A stretch of DNA of 58,604 nucleotides, counting the filler, from Squatina squatina (Eukaryota), in the NCBI GenBank assembly GCA_031763465.1. It is 3 parts of 3 records of this genome, joined end to end, with 100 filler letters (N's around TTAATTAATTAA, not from the genome) between each part and the next. Parts side by side here need not be neighbours in the genome. Positions count along the whole stretch, not along the records: positions 44,843 to 58,604 come from JARFOE010000013.1; 2 more parts are not named here. The stretch is one strand, 5' to 3'. This document shows, piece after piece, positions 52,541-58,604 of the stretch (position 1 is its first letter; each line of letters starts with the position of its first letter). The position numbers were made by a program, and so were the translations under genes. The notes under the pieces are model-generated. The model made no database searches, was not told the origin of the DNA, and saw only the letters and a list, made by a program, of their open reading frames with translations.

Positions 52541-52760
52541 CAGGTAACATGTTTAGTCCTTCTTTTGTTACAGAAAATTCTTTCACTAGCTCCTTGTCTT
52601 CTTTGGTAGCAGACAGCCAGGTGTTGCAGTTAAAATTGAAAACCTGTTTTGTTTGCAAATCTTCCAAAAGGGCTGACACTAAATGCCAACTTGCATAGTT
52701 TCCCAGCTCTTCACCGTTGATCCGAATCTTATAGATATCTCCCACATCTTCAATAAAAAT
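52541..52760 (-). CDS. PLAT C-half exon (IFIEDVGDIYKIRI..ASWHLVSALLEDLQTKQVFNFNCNTWLS..ELVKEF..MLP)
   Basis: 220 nt, phase 0 to 1, tttag acceptor and gtagga donor; PLAT signature G.I.KIRI..W.L..F.C..WL. Confidence 0.9.
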
Positions 52761-53287
52761 CTAAATAAAAATTAAAATATTGGCCAGGGAAAAATGTTAC
52801 TATTGAAAGTCTGACATAAAATGCGATTGTATGCATAGATTTGCAGCTATACCCGTGTTTTTATTATAATACTATAACCTAAAAGCACTTATTCGAACAA
52901 GCATATCTACTTTACTCTCAACAGGTCTCTCTTTCCCTCATGCTCTTCATTTCAGCCTTTATTAATTCAGTCTTATTTTATTTTTTCCTGCATTTTATTT
53001 GTCATTTTAACTCGATTATATTTAAGGAGCTCAGTGATGTCTATTATCTATTTAAACCATTTCTGATAATTCAAAAGAACCAAGAAGTACAATATTACTT
53101 AGTTACTGTAAATCATTTTGAGCACAGTAATTGAAAGACAGAACTTGAATCCTTCAACTATAATTGCATCAGATAATCATTCCACTTNNNNNNNNNNNNN
53201 NNNNNNNNNNNNNNNNNNNNNNNNNNNNNNNNNNNNNNNNNNNNNNNNNNNNNNNNNNNNNNNNNNNNNNNNNNNNNNNNNNNNNNN

Positions 53288-53857
53288 TTCACGTTTCACA
53301 AGTGAGCACAAGCAGACACTGGTGGCAGGGACATCTGTGGAGAGCCCCCATGTCGTGGGCTGCAATCCTCTCCAAGCTCTGCTCAGCTGGACACAGATGC
53401 TGAACCCCGTGGGCTATCGTTGAGAAGGAGAAAGACAGAGGTGCATCAGCAACTTACCCAGGCACTGACAGACACACACTCCAGATTAGCGGAGAGGATG
53501 AAGGAGTCCAACTTGAACACCACTCCCTTGTGATGATGTCTGTCATGGAGAGAGTGGCCGTCTCCATGGAGCTTCAAGCACGGCTCTCAAATGAGTCTAT
53601 GCAGCCCATGACCACAGCCGTGTAGACTTTGGATGCCGACATATCTGCTGCCTTTAAGAGTATGACAGATACCTTATCCGTGGTTTTGCAACACGTCACT
53701 GATCTACACCAAGCTGGTCTGCAGCAGAGTGGGAGAAGTGAAATGGCACTGGCCCAGGAGAGGGATGATAGCGAAAGGGGACACGGAAATGAGAATTCCA
53801 CTCAAAGCGCTCCCATTTCTCGCGCACCCCCCGACCCCCCTCCCGTGCCCCCATCAG
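53288..53857 (+). mobile_element. Repeat copy A (probable Harbinger accessory-gene 3' region), degenerate
   Basis: Clearly homologous to 54265-54860; family assignment is inferred. Confidence 0.5.
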
Positions 53858-54094
53858 NNNNNNNNNNNNNNNNNNNNNNNNNNNNNNNNNNNNNNNNNNN
53901 NNNNNNNNNNNNNNNNNNNNNNNNNNNNNNNNNNNNNNNNNNNNNNNNNNNNNNNNNTCGCAGATAGCTGGTGACAGAATTACAAATATCTCTTGACACA
54001 GATATGCTGACTTCATTTCATCAATGACTGAACAATGAGTATATGGAGTATGGCGATTGTCAAAATTGTGGCTTTGTCATAACTAAATTATTGC

Positions 54095-55160
54095 CATTTC
54101 TTTTGTCTTCCAGGGCCTTGCTGCGTACAGCAAGTGTCTCAGGACATCCATGAGGACGATTCCTCAGATGACCACATTCCTTCTGAGGGGGCACCGTCAT
54201 GCACCAACGCAGATAGTCACACTTGGGTCGGTCCATTTAGAAGTTAGTTGGGTTTTCACCAGGTGATTCACACCTCACAAGTGAGCATGAGCAGATACTG
54301 GTGGCAGGGCCAGCTGTAGAGAGTCCGCGTCAGGAGGGTGCAATCCCCTCCAAGCTCTGCTCAGCTGCACAGATGCTGAATCCCGGGGACTCTCATTGGG
54401 AAGGAGAAAGCTAGGGGTGAATCAGCAACTTAGTCAGGTACTGACCGATACCACAGACACACACACACCTCAATAGCGGAGAGGGTGGAGGAGTCCAACT
54501 CGATCACTAGTGGATTGATGGCACAGGCAATTACAAGAACGTCTGTCATGAAGAGAGTGGCCGCCTCCTTGGAATTTAAACTTGGCTCTCAAATGAATCC
54601 ATGCAGGCCATGACATTAGTGGTGCAGACTGTCAATGCCAACTTGTCTGCTGCCTTAAACAGGATTGCAGATACCTTATCCGTGGCCTTACCATGCATCA
54701 CTGATCTGGTCTGCAGCAGAGTGGAAGGAGTGACGTGGCGCTGGCCCAGGCCCAGAACAGCGATGATGGCGAAAGGAGACCTGGAAATTGGAATTCCACT
54801 CAAAGTGTTCCCAATTCTCACCCGTTGCCGCGCCCCCCCCCCCTCGCCCCCAATTCACCCACTCTCAGCCAGTTCCTGTATATATGATGGCTAAGACTGC
54901 CCCCACACAGGTGAAGCAGTCTTTGCTGGGGCCCTCAGGGGTTCCAAAACACAGAGGGCATAGGCAAAAAGCATCTGAGCAGTCAAGGTAGGGATCGAGC
55001 AGCCTGCCTCTACCTCTGCTGAAGTCACACAGGACGTACAACGTAGAAGTCGTAGGAAGCGTAAGTTGAAGAATTTGTAATGGGTGTTCAACAAAATATT
55101 ATGTTGTTAATTTTCCTTTTTTTTTTATAATGGCACGTAAAATTTATTGAGACCCATGGG
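54095..55160 (+). mobile_element. Repeat copy B of the same family
   Basis: cacaagtgagcatgagcagatactggtggcaggg..ctctcaaatgaatccatgcag..gataccttatccgtgg shared with copy A. Confidence 0.5.
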
Positions 55161-56571
55161 NNNNNNNNNNNNNNNNNNNNNNNNNNNNNNNNNNNNNNNN
55201 NNNNNNNNNNNNNNNNNNNNNNNNNNNNNNNNNNNNNNNNNNNNNNNNNNNNNNNNNNNNATAAAACTGCAAATGAAATGATCAATGGATTTATCTATTA
55301 GAAACCTTTGAACAAATTGCCTGTCCAAATTCATGTTTCTTTAATATCAGACAATAAGTTTCTTGTTTGTATTTACATTTGACATCATATTCTGGCAGCA
55401 GAATCATAATGAGATTATAGTTTACAGCGAATCTGGTGGCCTGATGTCAAGAGATTGTAATAAACACTGACATTTGAGGGGGAGAAAAACAGCCATCTTT
55501 TCATGCAGCACAGATTAATAGAATTATTTCTGGCAAGTTAAATGATCTATTTAATAATATCAGTTTTACCTCTCCAATATATGTGATAATTTAAAAGCAT
55601 GGTTGTGAGGCTCAAAGTATGGATTTAATGAATGCTTACCATCGCAAATGTATCCTTAATTGTCAATCTTTCATAAGACAAATGTCTAACTTAAATGATG
55701 CTGAAAGCTGCACACAGACTGTATATATTTACCAGTGACTCTTCCGTGCAGGTCTGTGATTTTGGCATTTGGCCAACCTGCCTCAATGTCAGAGCCCATT
55801 TTGTAATAGTATGTCAATGGTATATGCTTAATGAAATGTTCCCAAGCTCATAGTTATCTTTCCTATTTGCCATTTTAAATACAGACAGTTACAAGCCACT
55901 CTATTTACATTACAATCACATGGCAATGCTATGTCAGCTTAAATTGCTTTTGTAATCATCCTAACAATTATTAAGGTGAAAGAAATGGATTTAAAATCTC
56001 TTCTGGACATTTCAATCAAATCCTTTTCATTACTCACAACATCATATTGTTACAAGTACAACATCTAGTGCATCTAACCAGAATACAGCCATAATCAAAA
56101 TAAATGATATGAAATCTGTTCTTGCTCATATTTGTTCATTTAAAAATAATAATATTGACTACTGNNNNNNNNNNNNNNNNNNNNNNNNNNNNNNNNNNNN
56201 NNNNNNNNNNNNNNNNNNNNNNNNNNNNNNNNNNNNNNNNNNNNNNNNNNNNNNNNNNNNNNNNTGCAAATTTAGCCTGGCTTTTTTTTAAAACTAGAAA
56301 CTGATTACTGAACTACTAGTAACAGCACAACTAAATTGAGACTGTTTGATCTAAGTTGCCAGTCCTGTGCCATATATGTATTACATCACAGTAAAAACTG
56401 AGAAATAGCATTTCTCAGCATGACTTATTTGATTTTATAAAGAAGCACTAGAATATCCTAGACATATTCATAAATATTTGGCATTAATTTAATATTGTTG
56501 TAAAACATTCAGAAGTGTGATATTCCAATAACTTATATTTTTGTCTAACAAGATTTCAACATGTTTGTTAC

Positions 56572-56729
56572 CTGTCACAGTTGAAGACATATTCTAATTT
56601 ATTGTTACCCTGTTCCTTAATGACCACTTTCTCACAATACCAATGCTGAGATTTTTCATTCGCTTCACTGTGTAGGAGCACCTTCTGTAGCTTACCCAAG
56701 GACACAGCCTCCAATTGGAAAAGTCCAGG
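56572..56729 (-). CDS. PLAT C-half exon (PGLFQLEAVSLGKLQKVLL..WYCEKVVIKE..YVFNCDR)
   Basis: 158 nt, phase 0 to 2, ttcaag acceptor (less certain) and gtaaca donor. Confidence 0.88.
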
Positions 56730-56927
56730 CTTGAAGAAAAAGTTACAGAGCAAGTATTAATGAAGGTACATTTTAGTTAAGATCGACTTTGTGCACACCG
56801 CACTGTGTAGATTAGTAATAACTCCCTGAAATATTTTATTTTCATTCACTGATTTCTCTTCCTTATTTCCATTCTTATTTCTCAACTCCTGAAGGTGGTG
56901 ACTAACACTGAGGTATGTTTCCCTTGA

Positions 56928-57050
56928 TATATTGGCCTTGGAGGGAGTGCAGCGTAGGTTTACCAGAATGATTCCTGGACTTCAAGGGTTAAGTTACGAG
57001 GAGCGATTGCACAAATTAGGGTTGTATTCCCCAGAATTTAGAAGGTTGAA
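56928..57050 (+). mobile_element. CR1 ORF2 C-terminal fragment
   Basis: ALEGVQRRFTRMIPGLQGLSYEERLHKLGLYSPEFRRL. Confidence 0.92.
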
Positions 57051-57867
57051 NNNNNNNNNNNNNNNNNNNNNNNNNNNNNNNNNNNNNNNNNNNNNNNNNN
57101 NNNNNNNNNNNNNNNNNNNNNNNNNNNNNNNNNNNNNNNNNNNNNNNNNNGGAGACATGTGACATAAATCAATCGCAGAAGGTGACCCCAAGCAACAGCC
57201 AGAAGATATGTTTGCCTAAATAAGCTACTAATTACTTGGAGTGTTAATACAGTCTCTAATGACACTTTCAACTAACTACAGGATTCAATTAGTACACAAC
57301 AGTTCTTTTCCCGTGCGTCCAAAATCCAATCAGAATTAAGTGCTGACATCGGTGCCTCAGCCTTCCATCAGGACCTCTGAGTACAATAGCATTTCTCACC
57401 AGCTAAGTTAATTTGCTTTACAGCAAAACAGCTGTCAGCAGATGGAACAGTATCAGTGACTTTTTATGGTCCGTAATAGTTTTGGTGCAGGTGTCACCCA
57501 GTGCTTCCCCAGTGCATGGGGGGCGTTGCTGCCAATACTCCCCCTCTTTCCTTTGCAGCACAACATTAAGAGAGAGCAGCAGGCCTTTCAGAGATGTTTC
57601 ACTTCAAATCCTTCTTCTTTTCCCTTCCACCCTCCCAGCACATAATGCACTGTGTGCCAGGGTAAGCAGTTAAAATGTTAATGAACTGATGAAATCAGCT
57701 CATTTCACTGCTGGTGTACATGGCAATCGAGCAGAAGTGCTCCTGAACCACACCATCAGCCCCTTCATCTAGTGGGCTTCCCCAGAAAGAAAGGAAGAAA
57801 TATTATTTTTGGAAATATTAACATCTGATTGCTATTTGTATTTATATCACTTATAACAGTCACTTAC

Positions 57868-58045
57868 TGTTGATAGCCTGTGGGTAGAACATGACATTGC
57901 TTTCTCCAGTGTGTAAGAATGGGTTTGTATGTCCATCTGAGAGAAGACCGAGAAACATTCCTGGGCTTTTCACAGATTCCAGGCTTACAGTTGCATTTTC
58001 TAAATTTCTTTGCACCTTAAAGTGACAGTACTCATCTCCTGTGCC
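57868..58045 (-). CDS. Probable beta-trefoil (FGF/IL-1-like) exon of the same gene (GTGDEYCHFKV..VSLESVKSPGMFLGLLSDG..NVMFYPQAIN)
   Basis: 178 nt, phase 0 to 1, ttttctgcaaag acceptor and gtaagt donor; the F.V..V.LES...PG.FLG pattern resembles beta-trefoil repeats. Confidence 0.8.
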
Positions 58046-58604
58046 CTTTGCAGAAAAAAAACTCAATAAATTACAGGTCCTCTATTAATTTCTGTTTTTC
58101 TAGTGTTCTAAATTCTGCACTTTTAGCTGTGTTAGTGTTGGAATCAATTTTTCATGTATATTAATTTCAGAAATCAGACTGCCTTTCTTTTCATTTCATT
58201 AACCAGTAGGTCTGCTGCCTGCCTGATGCCCGCACAAAATGGAAACGCCTTAATATATTTAATAATCCATTTTCTAGATGTTTTGTAAACTAGTTCTGCA
58301 TAAACAAATTGTACAATTACAAATAAAAACAAAGGCAATAATTATTTCTTGAACAAAAAGTTCAAAGATATAAATGACAACAATTCAAGTACATAAAACA
58401 AGATGTTTAAATGAATGAATTATACATTTGGGGTGAAATTTGTTTGAGGTGGTAGTGTAAAAAGGGTGATAGCGAATCAGCAGCCTGATTTACTCTGTCT
58501 GATTTTCAAAAATAATTTGGGCTGTGTAAAACAGACTGGCATTTCGCTATTGCCCACTTAGCATTACCGCCCATGACAACTGTGTCAGTGTGGAGTGACC
58601 CTGT

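Noticed and set aside
55560-56160. Expected phase-2 exon continuing the PLAT domain after ..FNCDR
   Set aside because: No open candidate with good splice sites found; probably in a gap
57290-57790. GC-richer stretch as an extra exon
   Set aside because: No recognisable domain or convincing exon on the gene strand

Overview
Eukaryotic (vertebrate) genomic DNA, most likely from a cartilaginous fish, judging by the SacSINE1-like DeuSINEs, L2/CR1 LINEs and shark-type Penelope tails. The window is not one locus. Two identical artificial 100-nt spacers (N44-TTAATTAATTAA-N44 at 12699-12798 and 44743-44842) join three scaffolds, and each scaffold has many unsized N gaps, mostly 100 N. Segment 1 (1-12698) holds the 5' end of PHF21A/BHC80 on the minus strand (two coding exons seen). 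Segment 2 (12799-44742) holds part of PRKD1 on the plus strand (three exons seen), with long intronic sequence, two minisatellites and CNE-like blocks. Segment 3 (44843-58604) holds six minus-strand exons of a multi-PLAT/LH2 protein with a probable beta-trefoil exon, best fitting the long RP1-type gene (LOXHD1-like is the alternative). The rest is decayed repeats: L2, CR1, SINEs, PIF/Harbinger Myb/SANT remnants with related MITEs, and Penelope-type ends with degenerate minimal hammerhead motifs. I found no convincing new biological system. The best leads are the PLAT/beta-trefoil gene, the Harbinger family cluster and the hammerhead remnants. All identifications come from recall and manual reading, not database searches.
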